Translations under genes and position numbers: made by a program
Notes under the pieces: generated by a model
Database searches by the model: none
The model's input: the letters and a program-made list of their open reading frames with translations, nothing else
What the model was told of the DNA's origin: nothing
Assembly (NCBI RefSeq): GCF_006345805.1
Contig: NC_042997.1
Location: 18,414,001 to 18,478,000 of the forward strand
Source: Octopus sinensis
Taxonomy: Eukaryota
Length of the DNA: 64,000 bases
Direction: 5' to 3'
Shown: positions 24,170 to 37,405 of the stretch, one piece after another
Position numbering within the stretch: position 1 is the stretch's first letter
Layout: every line of letters begins with the position of its first letter

Positions 24170-25757
24170 AATACATGCAATGTTTTGTATGCAGATGACT
24201 TCAAGTTGTACGTTGCAGATATTAAACAACTGTAAACATTGCTACAGAAAGTATACAATTTACTAGAGGACTGGGGTTAGAAAAAGGCACAAAGGCAGAG
24301 GAAAATTAATTAAGAACACTAATGTCATGCTAGATAAAGAAAGAGAGATTAAAGAATTAGATCAAAGGCAGACTTACAAATACTTAGGAATTAATGCACT
24401 AGACAGAGTACAAGCCACAGATATGAAAGAAAAGGTTAGGAAGGAATATTACAAATACATTAGATTACTACTTAAAGCTATGCTAAATGCAAAAAATAAG
24501 TTAATAGGCATTGATACTTTAGCTGTCAGTGTAATAAGTGATAGTTATAATATTCTGTAGTAGAATGTAAGACAATTACCAAGATTAGACATGTACGTGT
24601 GTGAATGCATGCCTGTATGTGTGTGTGTGTGTTTTATGACTACATTCAAAATTCATTACCCAAAATATGGCACGGAAAGATTATATTTGCCATTTATGCA
24701 TTACAGTTTGGGGTCTTCTGCAATTATCAAACTATTGTAAACAATCTATAGTGGAACTACAAATGTATTTAGTAATAAACAAAGTGAAACTAATGCAAAT
24801 AGCTATATGGCAGTAACAAAACAAAGAATCTATTTCTGTGTTCTTAAAGAAGCCAAAATATACAACAGGTGCTGAAATAACAGACAACAGCAAAGAGATT
24901 GGTGAAACAACTGCAGAAACTAAGAAAAACTAAAATATAAACTGAAAATGGTAATACAGTCTTGCATGTTAAGATGTTGGTAAGAGAAGCTCCTACACAA
25001 CCAATATCTGAGAAGAATGAAAAAGTAGGAGTAGATAAAAAAATAGTGGGTGGCTGAAAAATGCATTCTTTAAAAGCTAAGAGCAAAAGATTTTTACTAC
25101 CAACACTAAGAGTAAAGTCTTTCAATAGAAACTGACAAAACAATATAATAAAACAGAATATGCATCATGTACTTTACTTTTACCCAGTAGAAGTGAAAGA
25201 ACATTTATATACAGGACAAAACTGGAAATTTCATATACTAAGAATACCAGCTTTAATGAAAAATGACAGAAAAGAGATAGTAAAAATATAGAGCAGAAAA
25301 GTCTGAGAGAAAGAGAAAGCAACCTTATTTTGAGACAATAAAATTCACACAGACCAGATTACTATTCTCAAACATAACCAGTCAAAGAAATGTCTTTTAA
25401 CTGATGTATCAATTCTAACAGAGAATGATATATCTCAAAAGGAAATAGAAATATTATCAAAATAAGGATCTGGAAATAGTAGAGTTAATGAGAAAGTGGA
25501 ATAGGAAATAGAACTCCTGCAATAATACCTTGTTTGGGATAGTTAAAAATACGTAGACAAAGGCATAATCCAACCTCAAAGACTTAATTATGTGCTCAAC
25601 ATTAGGAAAATTGCACTACAATAAACTATTTTACAAAAAGTGCATTCAATATAATATCAAATTGCACACACACACAAAGCACTGCATGTACTCAAAACAC
25701 ACAAATCTGTGCTTGGTTATGTAGTGACGGTGTAAAATAAACATAGAAACTTATGAA
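24170..25757 (+). mobile_element. R4/Dong-clade non-LTR retrotransposon relic (RT core to restriction-like endonuclease and 3' UTR)
   Basis: LYADDFKLY; YKYLGINALDRVQATDMKEKVRKEYYKYIRLLLKAMLNAKNKLIGIDTLAVSV; KKCLLTDVSI..KEIEILSK; ends in a (TAA)n array. Confidence 0.8.
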
Positions 25758-25807
25758 CAATAATAATAATAATGATAATAATAATAATAATAATAATAGT
25801 AATGATG

Positions 25808-25847
<40 letters not shown>

Positions 25848-25856
25848 TAATAATAG
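25758..25856. repeat. (TAA)n array at the 3' end of the R4/Dong relic
   Basis: Direct reading. Confidence 0.9.
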
Positions 25857-28800
25857 ATTAATAAATAAATAAATTATTAAAAATCTATAAAATCTGATAA
25901 GTCTGTCTGCAGAGAGACAATGGACAAGTAGTAGAAACTTAGTATTGTGACTCCTGAGTGTTTTGTAAGCTTGTAATGCTCAGATCTTTCCATAGACTGC
26001 TTAAAAGATTATGGATACCATCAGTAGTAATATTATCCAAGAAATAACTAATAATTCTAGTAAAACATGCGAGATCAATCAATAAAACTGTGGTGCATAA
26101 TGGGATAAAATTTAGAGTTTGCATAACTGCATGACATAACAGCCACAGCAATGTCTAGTGATGCTATTGTATGCCAAATTGTAATCTACTTTAAACATAT
26201 CTCAATATACAAGTTGTATCATTTGCCTCAATGAAAAACAACAGTACAGAGTTCTCTGATAGAAACCCAAACAGGAATGAATGGATATAACCTGCTATAA
26301 ACTAAAAACAAGGTCAATCTGTTTGTCTCTTAACTAAACTATTAATTTTACATTGGAAAGTTTGCAAGGAAGAGTGAAGTGTCTAACATTTCAGACCTTT
26401 GCTCCTCGTTGAAGTGAAGACAAGAGAGTAAGAGGAATTGTCATTTTAGGACCCCAGATTGTACATTATTATTTTTATTCCTAATGGCTAATTCATTAAC
26501 TCTGATCTTGATCCACCCTGCTTTAGTCTTGAATTAACGCATGTGTGTCTTCTTTCAAATTCTCTTCCTTTTGTCTTTCCATTCACTTTATTTTCATTTA
26601 CTGATTCTTTTTCTTTATATATTGCTATTATTTATTTTTCTGTATTCCATTTATCACTCCTTCCATTTTCTTTCTCTATATTCTTGAAGACACATTCTAG
26701 TAACACACTGAATTGACTATCAGAGCACCTTCTGAGGAGGAACATGGCTCCTAGAAATGCAAGTAAAGACAAGTTACATAGGAGTATTTATCAGTTCAAA
26801 TCACAATCAATCTCCCTGTAGTAGATAGATTATGAGTCAATTTCTTGAGTTATGATAAAAAAAAAAAACATTGACTGTCTTCTTCATCTTCTGGAAAAGG
26901 TAAATCTAACATACAGCACAATTTAACACCACAACACGGTTCTTCTCTATATTTAACTATGTTCATTTCATTTGGATCAAATTCTCAATTCTTGTCCATC
27001 TGTTTTCTTTTCCTCACATTGTGCTACAGCTGACCAGTCACATTAATCTCACAGAAAAGTAGAGCCTATGAAAAATCAATGCCTCTCCATTTCTTTTTTT
27101 CATTAACTTATAAAATAAAATATTCACCACCTTATTGATTTACAAATATATCTATATATAGATTTATATAAATTCTACACAAATAACACTATATGCATTG
27201 CTCCAACATTTCTTTGCATTATTGAATTAAGCATTTAACTCAATAGTATTAAAAAGTATTACACAAGAAGACTAAAGAAAAATACTGTTTGAGGTATGGT
27301 GCTGGTATTTAATGTATTTTACTATATTAATTAGTCACAAGCAAAGGAGATGAATTATCTTGATATATACCAATGTATAGATGAACATATTTATACAATA
27401 TTTCTTTCTCGGTGCAACTAGTCTACATTTTGTGTAACCCATAGCCCTCACACCATTATGAGAGGTGTTTTAGTATAGCTTCAATAAATTAACATTCTAA
27501 AATTAGTTTTAAAATAATTAAAAACAAAAACAAAAGAGTAATTTTCTTTCTTGTTTCACTTAGTTAATTATTGCTAAAATTTTGAACTTCCTATTTTCAG
27601 TAGATTCTAAGATACTAGATTAAACATGCAATCATTCAATTAAGCAAACAAATGTGGCTAATTAGTGAGATGACAAAACTGTTTGGTGGTTGCATATTTT
27701 AAATGAAGAAAATGATGATAATGGTGCACAATGAACCAGTAAGGGAACTTTTACATAGTCATTCACCCTATCCAATGTGGACATGAAATGTCTCATAACA
27801 ATCATTCAGTTGGGATAAAATTAGCTAAAAATATTAACCAAGTAATTCTTTGATTGGCAGATTCTATTAAATTAACCTGGTTAGGCAATGCTCATATCAC
27901 TAACTCAACAACGAACATAATTTTGTAATTATAAGAATATATTTTCCCCAGTAAAGTAACCGTGCACTTGTGTGTCAATTTGTGCTGGCATATAAGTGTC
28001 AATGATTGTGTTCAGAAAGTACTCCAAGTTTTTTAATTTTTTAATTTTAAGCAATGGCTGATGTATTGTTGATACTTGAGTAATTTTCTATTTCAAGTGA
28101 ACATTTTTAACTAACCTAACAGTTGGTTGTTCTGTAAACAAACTGAAAAAGTTTTCCCTGCACTTTTTTCCCTCTGAAACTGATGGCTTTGATAAAATAT
28201 TAATCAACTGAACCATAAAATAGAAATTATATCTAAAAATATAAAAGAAAGTCATTTATATGTGGAACCTAGTTCAAAGCCATCATTTGTTCAGGGACAT
28301 TGACAAATCTCTGAGCATTTTTGCCTGATCAATTCTGAAAAGGCAATAAAAAAATTTTTACAGCTAATCATTAGAGAAGAGCTACAGGTGCCAAGCATCT
28401 AATGGACAGGAGAGGAACTATTCAGTATGCTGATTAAAGTTTTCTAATATGTTGGTTTAATTCATTGACTAATTTAATATGCTGACTAAAATTGTTAATT
28501 TTTCATCAAGAAAGACAGCGGATATTCATGTTATTTAGCTGCAGAGTTAAAGGTGGCTGTCCTTTGTAGCTGTTGTTGCTACTGTTGAATAAGTAGCAGT
28601 CAATTCTGCTGATGTAAATATTTAGCAAAGAAAATGCCTAAATTTTATGATGCAATCTTTGCGATACTTCAGACTAGTAAGTCATATAGAGTTTAGAAAG
28701 CTATAATTAACATGTTGCTAATTTGCTTATTGTAAATGTTTAAGAATAACTCTAGTGAGTCGAGCCTGGAAAATCTCTATGCCATAGAAGGGGTCATCAT

Positions 28801-29065
28801 ACCTTACATGCATTCATTAATCTGCTGGCTATATTTCATACGCTTTCTATTGTTTGGACTTCACCAGGAAATATATGACTTCTTTAAGGAAAATCTTATT
28901 TGCTTCTATCTCCTGAGGAGAATGACAGGTCCCCTTCCACCATATGGTTGAATGATAAATTTAGTTAGAAACTTATACGTGAATCCTTTAAGCAACTACT
29001 TGTATGTACAAAACTACATAACCCTAGGTCAGATTCTCATTCTCTCTCTTTGTCTCTATTTCTCC

Positions 29066-29111
<46 letters not shown>

Positions 29112-30356
29112 GTCTCTTATCTATGTCTTCTCAGGACTCAGTGTGATTTCAATCCAACATTACAAGCTAATGAAGTAATCACCAGTTATAATGTGCTTTC
29201 ATTATGCTGTTTTATCTTTCACATGATACCTAATTGCAGTTAGTGGGATTGAAGTGGGTATATTGCACTGTAGTCGATAGAATTCAGACAGTTGACTCAG
29301 GCAAATACCGGGATATTTTCAGTCAGTCTGAAGTAGTTATCATCCACATTATCTAGTGTTTCCAAGAAATATTCTATGAAACCCAATTTGTTAAGATTAA
29401 TATAACTATATCGACAGAAATGGACAGAAAGGAGGAATGAGAAGAAGTGAGGAAAGAAGAGAGAAAGAGAAAGGGTCTGAAGAAGAAATACAAGAAGAAG
29501 AGCTTGAGTGACTGAAAGATAATATGCATTTTGATCATAAAAGATATTAAGACTTCTGAAAATGATTAACAATTGAGATAAATTTTGATTCCATAGATAA
29601 ATGTTTCATTAAGTCATTCTCAATGTTAGCGTCCTGCTAGAGTCACATTAACCTTATGTTTAATTCAAGACTAACTTAACAATTGTTTTCCAGGCACTAT
29701 GGTATCTGAGTTATTCGCTGAGGATGTACAGAATTACTTTATTTTTATGTATTTTTACCAATTTTTAATACAATGTTGGTGTGTTTTGTAGGAGACTTGG
29801 CCCCCATTCCCATCGTTTATGCAGGATACTCCCTTGATCAGTGTAGAAACTTTTTTGATCAATGTTCAAATTGTTTTATTTTGGTGAAGGTGTCACCTCT
29901 ATAGTTCCTGTTGGTCATGTCAGTCTCTTATTGTGATTTTGAAATCTGTCCATTACAGATAGTACCTAATAAAGTAGTTTTGTTATTGTTTACAAAGCCC
30001 TATTTTTTTGTTCTCTTTGCATATATATTGTATTCTCATTGTCATTCTGTCAGGTAGTGAAACCTAGCAATGGGCATTGTACTACCATTTCTGCTGAGTA
30101 AATATTAGAAACTGAGACTTAAGTGAGAACCTATGGTGCAGAAGCAGCTTCTAAAATGTATGACGATAATGTGATAAACTAAAGTGAGTATACATTCAAG
30201 GGATTTACATTCTAACTTATGTGATTCCCATTTTAAAAATAATCTAGAAATGTTATAAGGAACTTTAAGATGCTATACAGAGTAGGTCCAGCATCCATGT
30301 TGAAACTATCCTACTGAGCACTATATTGGGTCATTAAGTAGTATTCAAAATAACTT

Positions 30357-30800
30357 CATCATCATCATCGTTTAACATCCGCTTTCCATGCTAGCATGGG
30401 TTGGACGATTTTGACTGAGGGCTGGCGAACCAGATGGCTGCACCAAGCTCCAATCTTGATCTGCCGGTTTCTACAGCTGGATGCCCTTCCTAACGCCAAC
30501 CACTCCGAGAGTGTAGTGAGTGCTTTTTACGTGCCACCAGCATGGGGGCCAGTCAGGCGGTACTGGCAATGACCTCGCTTGAATCTTTTTACACATGCCA
30601 CTGGCACAGGTGCCAGTAAGGTGAAGTTGGTAACGATCACACTCGAATGTTGCCCTTTTAGGTGCCACCGGCATGGAAGCCAGTTGGCCGCTCTGGCAAT
30701 GATCATGCTCGGATGGTGCTCTTGGTACCCTACTAGCACAGGCACAAGTGCCAGTAAGGTGACGCTGGTAACGATCATACTCGAATGGTGTCTTTTAACT
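30357..30800 (-). mobile_element. SINE family C copy with internal 60-70 bp tandem units; degraded relatives near 56860-57080 and 60770-60960
   Basis: (CAT)n at the left end; reverse complement of 11055-11216; four GTGCCA..GCCAGT..CTGG.AACGATCA..CTCG.ATGG-type units. Confidence 0.85.
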
Positions 30801-31499
30801 TGATTAATTTAATTCCATTGACAAAATTAAGCAGACAATGTCAGAGAAGAAGATACAGTACTAAACGTTATAGAACCAATGTTTCAAAGCATGATAACAA
30901 ATAAGCAAGGCAAATTAAAATTTAACCTCCAGACATCTTGTCACAAATGTCTATAATCACTTAGAACCTTTTGGTCAAGAGATTTGAATTAGATTTCAGC
31001 CAACGCACTATGTTATTCATATTACACATAAGTTATATTTGTAAACAGTTTTATGGAATGATAGTATTAAATGAAATACTGATAGTTAACAGCCTTGAGA
31101 TATTTTAATGTTTTATAATGTTTTCAATGATTCCAGCTGGCACATTGTTGCCATTGTTGACATTTCAGTATTTTAACCAGAAATTGCAACAAACTCTATA
31201 ACAAAGGATTTTATTTATTTTCATTTTATATCACATTTGGTAAACAATATTGTCATTGGTTACAAAAGTCTCCAACAGGTCAATCACCAGTTCACTGCAT
31301 TGTCTATGAAACTATGGTAAAACAAATAGCACACAGGGTATTTTAATTCAAAAGCAATAGAATTGGGAGGTTTCCCACTGATGTTTACATTCTTTGTCAA
31401 TATATATATATATTTATATACTGGTAAAAACGGTAAGATATATGTGTGTGTATATATATATATACATACACACATATTGGCAAATGATGCACACACACA

Positions 31500-31550
31500 C
31501 CTGTTTATCTATCTATCTATCTATCTATCTGTATATATATACATATATGT

Positions 31551-31582
<32 letters not shown>

Positions 31583-31616
31583 GAAGAGAGAGAAAGAGTC
31601 AATGAGATAGATAGAT

Positions 31617-31686
<70 letters not shown>

Positions 31687-31710
31687 GAGAGAGAGAGGAT
31701 GGGAGAGAGA
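31500..31710. repeat. (TCTA)n/(TA)n/(GA)n microsatellites
   Basis: Direct reading. Confidence 0.95.
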
Positions 31711-31854
31711 TTTCACAATTAAACATTTATTTGGCAAATTACTTGATCTGAAAACTGTGTTGAAAATGAAACAATTTCCATTGCAGAGAAGTCATTGTAG
31801 CCATTTTAGAACACACAAAAATATATAGTCACCTTTTGTTCATTTTTTTGAGTT

Positions 31855-32400
31855 GGTGAAGGCCTGTGGCTTAGTGGTTAGAATATTTGGCTCCTGACAG
31901 TAAAGTGGAGAGTTCAATTCCTTGTAGCTCACTGTACCCTTGAGCAATACATTTTATTTCACATTGCTCCAGTTCACTCAACTGGCAAAAATGAGTCATA
32001 CCCGTAATTCAAAAGACCAGCTTTGTTCCATTCTGTGTTACACTGAATCTCCCTGAGAACTATGTTAAAGGTATGCATGTCTGTAGGTGAGCTGGCAGAA
32101 TCGTTAGCATGCTGGGCGGAATGCTTAGCAAGTATTTCGTCTGCCATTACATTCTGAGTTCAAATTCCGCTGAGGTCGACTTTGCCTTTCATCCTTTCGG
32201 GCGGGGTCGATAAATTAAGAACCAGTTACGCACTGGGGTTGATGTAATCGACTTAATCCGTTTGTCTGTCCTTGTTTGTCCTCTCTGTGTTTAGCCCCTT
32301 GTGGGTAGTAAAGAAATAGGTATGCATGTCTGTAGAATGCTCTGCTGCTTGCATGATAATTTCACCAGCAGGCTGTTCTGTTAATCAGATCAACTGAAAC
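31855..32400 (+). mobile_element. Old tRNA-head CORE-like SINE interrupted by a family M copy
   Basis: GTGGCTTAGTGGTTAG head; CCTTGAGCAATACATTTTATTTCACATTGCTCCAGTTCACTCA matches the head region of the 33597-33940 family. Confidence 0.7.
32087..32317 (+). mobile_element. SINE family M full copy with an 18-bp TSD
   Basis: AGGTATGCATGTCTGTAG at 32069-32086 and 32318-32335. Confidence 0.9.
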
Positions 32401-32732
32401 ACTTGTCGTTGTAACCAACTCAGTGCCATTTGTTTCTTGAGTTGTCTAAATTTTTAACTTACTTTTTGAATCCTGGTTACTGACATGTTTTTCCACTGCA
32501 ATTAAATTATATTAATTATGCTAATGACCTGGTTGTAGAAGTGCAACACACATTTTGGTACTTAAAGAAATAAATATAACAGTTTTACTCTATACAACAA
32601 GCTTCCACACAGTTTCCAAAGCAATGCTGAAAGAGACTGACACAAAGAACTGAAAACCTGTGTTTACATATACATGGTTTAACTCACAAATGTAACTACA
32701 ACTAATTTCTGCTTATATTTTAGTATTAAAGG

Positions 32733-33497
32733 TTGCCCCTTTCCCACAGGTTGGTGTTTGGCACTCTGTCAAACCACTTCAGATGGAGGATCTGCTGAAG
32801 ACATTTGTTGATGACGGTCTGGATCTTCTTGAAGTTGCTGCAGGTGGCTCTCCATGTTTCAGAGCCATACAAAAACACAGATTTTACGTTTGAACTAAAT
32901 AAGCGGAGTTTAGTTTGAGTTGAGATGGCAGTGGACTTCCATACTGGCCGAAGAATAGCGAAGGCTTACCAAGCCTTCTTGCTTCTTGCCGTGATGTCCT
33001 CGTCTGATCCACCTGATTTGCTGATCTTGCTCCCAAGATAGACAAACTCACTAACGTCCTCCACAGGTACCCCCTCGATTGTGATTGGCTCTTACTGCTT
33101 GTTGTTGATACGCAGCACTTTTGTCTTTTCCTGGCTGATCCTGAAGCCCACTCACCATGAAGTTTCTATCAGGTGGTCTACCTTATCTTGCATGTCCTGC
33201 AAGCGATGTGACAGTAGCGCAAGATCATCTGCATAGTCCAAGTCTTCCAGCTTGTTCATCAGTGTCCACTGAATACCTTTCCCGGAGGTAGCGTAGGCCA
33301 TTCTGGTGACCCAGTCCAGCATGACGAGGAACAGGAGTGGTGACAACAAACAGCCCTGTCTGACTCCCATGCTGACCCTGAATTCCTCTGACAATCTCCC
33401 AGCATGGATGACCTGGCAAGAAAACTCCTTGTAGAGTAATTGAATAATGCCCACGATCTTCTCTGGCACACCATAGTGTCGTAAGATGTCCCAGATT
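32733..33497 (-). mobile_element. RTE-clade LINE reverse transcriptase fragment
   Basis: YGVPEKIV..GVRQGCLLSPLLF..LEDLDYADDLALLS..EFVYLGS..LYGSETW; truncated at both ends. Confidence 0.9.
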
Positions 33498-33596
33498 GTC
33501 AGCCTAATACAAACAGTATTAGTCTCATTTAATCAGTGAAGTATTTTGTAGCAATCTTTACATCCACCACATTACATGTTTACTTTTACCCTGAAT

Positions 33597-33940
33597 AAAG
33601 GGTAAAGACCCCCTTCGGTCATGAATGACCATGGGATTGCACCTAGAAAGTTACCCTCCTAGACACAAGTCCGGGCAAGGTTGTTTATGGAAGGCCAGCA
33701 GTCGCCCATGCATACCAGCCTTCCCTCTCCACGCCACCAGTGTTATCCAAGGGAAAGACAAAGGTCGATACAGCTTGGTACCAGGGACGTCGCAACTCAT
33801 TTCTACAGCTGAGTGAACTGGAGCAACGTGAAATAAAGTGCCTTGCTCGAGAACACAACACGCAGCCCAGTCCGGGATTCGAGCTCACAACCTCACGATC
33901 GTAAGCTCGACGCTCTAACCACTGAACCATGCGCCTTCAC
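33597..33940 (-). mobile_element. tRNA-head CORE-like SINE (family E), full copy
   Basis: Minus-strand head GGCGCATGGTTCAGTGGTTAGAGCG..GAGCTCGAATCCC, then CTCGAGCAAGGCACTTTATTTCACG; CpGs retained. Confidence 0.85.
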
Positions 33941-34127
33941 ATGAATATATCATGTATAAACCATCATTTGTTGCAGTAAAATGATATTTTGCTGTTTTCT
34001 TTCAATTTGAACTCGAGACATAATCAGCATAAATGCATGCTTATCATTTATTGTAATTCCACAGATTATCATTATCATCATGTTTTACTATGCATGCAGG
34101 AGTTGAGCAAAAATTGCTGAGGAAGAT

Positions 34128-34320
34128 TGCCTACTGTTCGAAACCTTTCCTGTCACCAACCCTTACCTGTTTCCAAGCAGAGTAATATTTCTCCATGGCT
34201 GAGCATGTTCTGATGGAAGTTTGAAAATGAAGGCTACCACTTATATGACAGTGACAATCATTTACAACCATCATACATACAAGGTCAAGACAAGAGCAGG
34301 CACACACACACACATATGTC
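34128..34320. mobile_element. Probable SINE/LINE-tail fragment
   Basis: CCTTTCCTGTCACCAACCCTTACCTGTTTCCAAG resembles SINE 3' modules elsewhere in the window; class uncertain. Confidence 0.35.
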
Positions 34321-35126
34321 TATGCAGACACGCACACACACACATGAAATTTTCAATGATAAAATCATTAAATTAAATTAGTCACTTTGCAAGCTTAGAT
34401 GCAAGAAACAAAATTATGTACATAGAACCATCCAAGGAAATTGAACCCCACATTGTTATAATCCAGACAGCTGTGCAAACCATGTTGACACTGACTTCAC
34501 TTTTGTTTTTCATGCAGATTGCATTTCTAAGTAATTTATTCTCTAATCTATTCTATTTTCCTTCCTTAACCAATATACAATGAGTTAGCTGACTCACATT
34601 TTCCAGAACCGCCCCCCCCCCAAAAAAAAACCTGAATCATGTTCTACCTATTTTAACATATGAGATTATTATGACTGACTTGTTTAGCCCATATTAACAG
34701 AGGTAATCTATTTTGCTAAGTCTGTCATAAATAACACAAATACCAAAATAGGTATTATTTCACACAGGTGTAAAATGGTAATTAATTACATCATGAATTA
34801 ATAAGAATTTCTATGATTCCTTTGATATTACAATAATTGCCCATGACTCAGTTGAAACCAGTTACTTAGTTGGTTCATATATTCTACTCAAAATGAAGTG
34901 ACCTTTATTGTGATGATGGACTTATAACTTCACTGCAGCTAACATTTGCCCCCTAGAATCTAATTGTTTGGCAATTGATATAGTGTATCAATATATAGTT
35001 AATAGAAGTAGCTAAACCTCTTTGGTTTTATACATATAGTCTTTAAAATAGAATTCGATATCCTTTGAATTCATTTGGCTATGGTAGCCATCCATCAAAC
35101 AGGCTACCATAATCTATTTTTTTTTA

Positions 35127-35518
35127 TTTACTTGTTTCAGTCATTTGACTGTGGTCATGCTGGAGCACTGCCTTTAGTCGAGGAAATTGACCCCAGGACT
35201 TATTCTTTGTAAACCTAGTACTTATTCTATCGGTCTCTTTTGCTGAACCTCTAAGTTACGGGGACGTAAACACACCAGCATCAGTTATCAAGCGATGTTG
35301 GTGGGGGGGGGGGACAAACACATACACACTAACACATATATATATACATATACATATATACGACAGGCTTCTTTCAGTTTCAGTCTACCAAATCCACTCA
35401 CAAGGCTTTGGTCGGCCCTAGGCTATAGTAGAAGATACTTGCCCAAGGTGTCGTGCAGTGGGACTGAACCTGGAACCATGTGGTTGGTAAGCAAGCTACT
35501 TACCACACAGCCACTCCT
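35127..35518 (-). mobile_element. SINE family A full copy
   Basis: Collinear reverse complement of 44725-45159. Confidence 0.9.
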
Positions 35519-35964
35519 TGCTCAAATGCCACTAACAAGAGCTTCCCACTTGAATTCCTACAAAATTCAAGATATACACATTTTCCCTGCTGATCATCTG
35601 ATTCTGCTAGAAACAACCATATCTCTATATGCTTGTATCTGTCTTTATGCATCAATAATGTTTTAGTCAATCCATTCATTAATTCAATATTTCTCACTCT
35701 CAATCACTATTCCCAACATCTGTGCATCCACGAATATGTTTTTTTCCACATTGGTTTGCATTACTTTGTTTTGAATCTGAATCAGTTCATATTCTATCTT
35801 TGTTTTATACTAACTCAACATTAAGAGGAGATAGAACATCATGATCATGAGGTAACTGCTGCTTGTATTTAATATCAAACATATCTACTCTATATGGGCT
35901 ATGCATTGAGTACTTACTACTTAACTAGCCACTTTTGCTTTCACCAACAGATTTTTAATCATTA

Positions 35965-37175
35965 TGTGTGTGTGTGTGGAGTGTTTATTAGTCAATTTAA
36001 TGTCGAACTGCTCAGGTGCTCTAATATTGGTTTCAAATTTTGGCACAAGGTCAATAAGTTTGTGTGAGTTGGAAGTCATTTACATCAATCCCCAGTGTTC
36101 AACTGGTACTTATTTTATCAACCCTGAAAGGATGAAAGATAAAGTCAACTTTAGAGGAATTTGAACTCAGAATATACAGATAAAAGAAATGCCATTTAGT
36201 ATTTTGCCTAGCATGCTAACAATTCTGCCAGCTTGCTGACTTCAGGTTCTCTACAATTAGCTTTGGTTAAGGTGGTGAACTGGAAGAATCATTAACACAC
36301 TGGGCAAAATGCTTAGCAACATTTCATCTATATGTACATTCTGAGTTCAAATTCCACTGAGATCCACTCTGCTTTTCATCCATTTGGGGCCGAGTAGTTT
36401 GCTTACCAACCACATGGTCTCAGGTTCAGTCCCACTGCGTGGCACCTTGGGCAAGTGTCTTCTACTATAGCCTTGGGCTAACCAAAGCCTTGTGAGTGGA
36501 TTTGGTAGACGAAAACTGGAAGAAGCCCATCGTATATGTATATATATGTATATGTATATATGTGTGTGTGTGTGGAATGTTTATTAGTCAATTTAATGTC
36601 GAACTGCTCAGGTGCTCTAATATTGGTTTCAAATTTTGGCACAAGGTCAATAAGTTGTGTGAGTTGGAAGTCATTTACATCAATCCCCAGTGTTCAACTG
36701 GTACTTATTTTATCAACCCTGAAAGGATGAAAGATAAAGTCAACTTTAGAGGAATTTGAACTCAGAATGTACAGATAAAAGAAATGCCATTTAGTATTTT
36801 GCCTAGCATGCTAACAATTCTGCCAGCTTGCTGACTTCAGGTTCTCTACAATTAGCTTTGGTTAAGGTGGTGAACTGGAAGAATCATTTACACACTGGGC
36901 AAAATGCTTAGCAACATTTCATTTATATGTACATTCTGAGTTCAAATTCCACTGAGATCCACTCTGCTTTTCATCCATTTTGGGGCCGAGTAGCTTGCTT
37001 ACCAACCACATGGTCTCAGGTTCAGTCCCACTGCGTGGCACCTTGGGCAATTGTCTTCTACTATAGCCTTGGGCTGACCAAAGCCTTGTGAGTGGATTTG
37101 GTAGACGAAAACTGGAAGAAACCCATCGTACATGTATATATATGTATATGTATATATATGTATATGTATATATAT
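35965..37175. repeat. Direct tandem duplication, ~596-bp unit, ~98% identical
   Basis: Offsets 35979/36575, 36071/36666 and 36389/36985; about 11 differences counted by eye. Confidence 0.9.
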
Positions 37176-37405
37176 GTGTGTGTGTATGTGTGTTTGTGTG
37201 GTGTTTGTCCCCCCAACATCGCTTGACAACCGATACTGGTGTGTTTAAGTCTCTGTAACTAAGCAGTTCGGCAAAAGAGATTGATAGAATAAATACTAGG
37301 CTTACAAAGAATAAACTCTGGGGTCGATTTGCTCGACTATAAAGGCGGTGCTCCAGCATGGCTGCAGTCAAATGACTGAAACAAGTAAAAGAGTAAAAGA
37401 GTAAA
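36988..37405 (+). mobile_element. SINE family A copy (5'-clipped) inserted in a family M copy
   Basis: Family M sequence stops at ..CATTTTGGGGCC and resumes at ~37408 (GGGTCAATGTAATTGAC). Confidence 0.8.

Noticed and set aside
30520-30790. CRISPR-like or iteron-like periodic repeats
   Set aside because: These are degenerate tandem units within a SINE; there are no unique spacers, no cas genes, and the context is eukaryotic.
35964-37371. Duplicated ORFs ending YINPQCSTGTYFINPERMKDKVNFRGI, and the 150-aa minus ORF
   Set aside because: They are translations of SINE sequence repeated by the tandem duplication.
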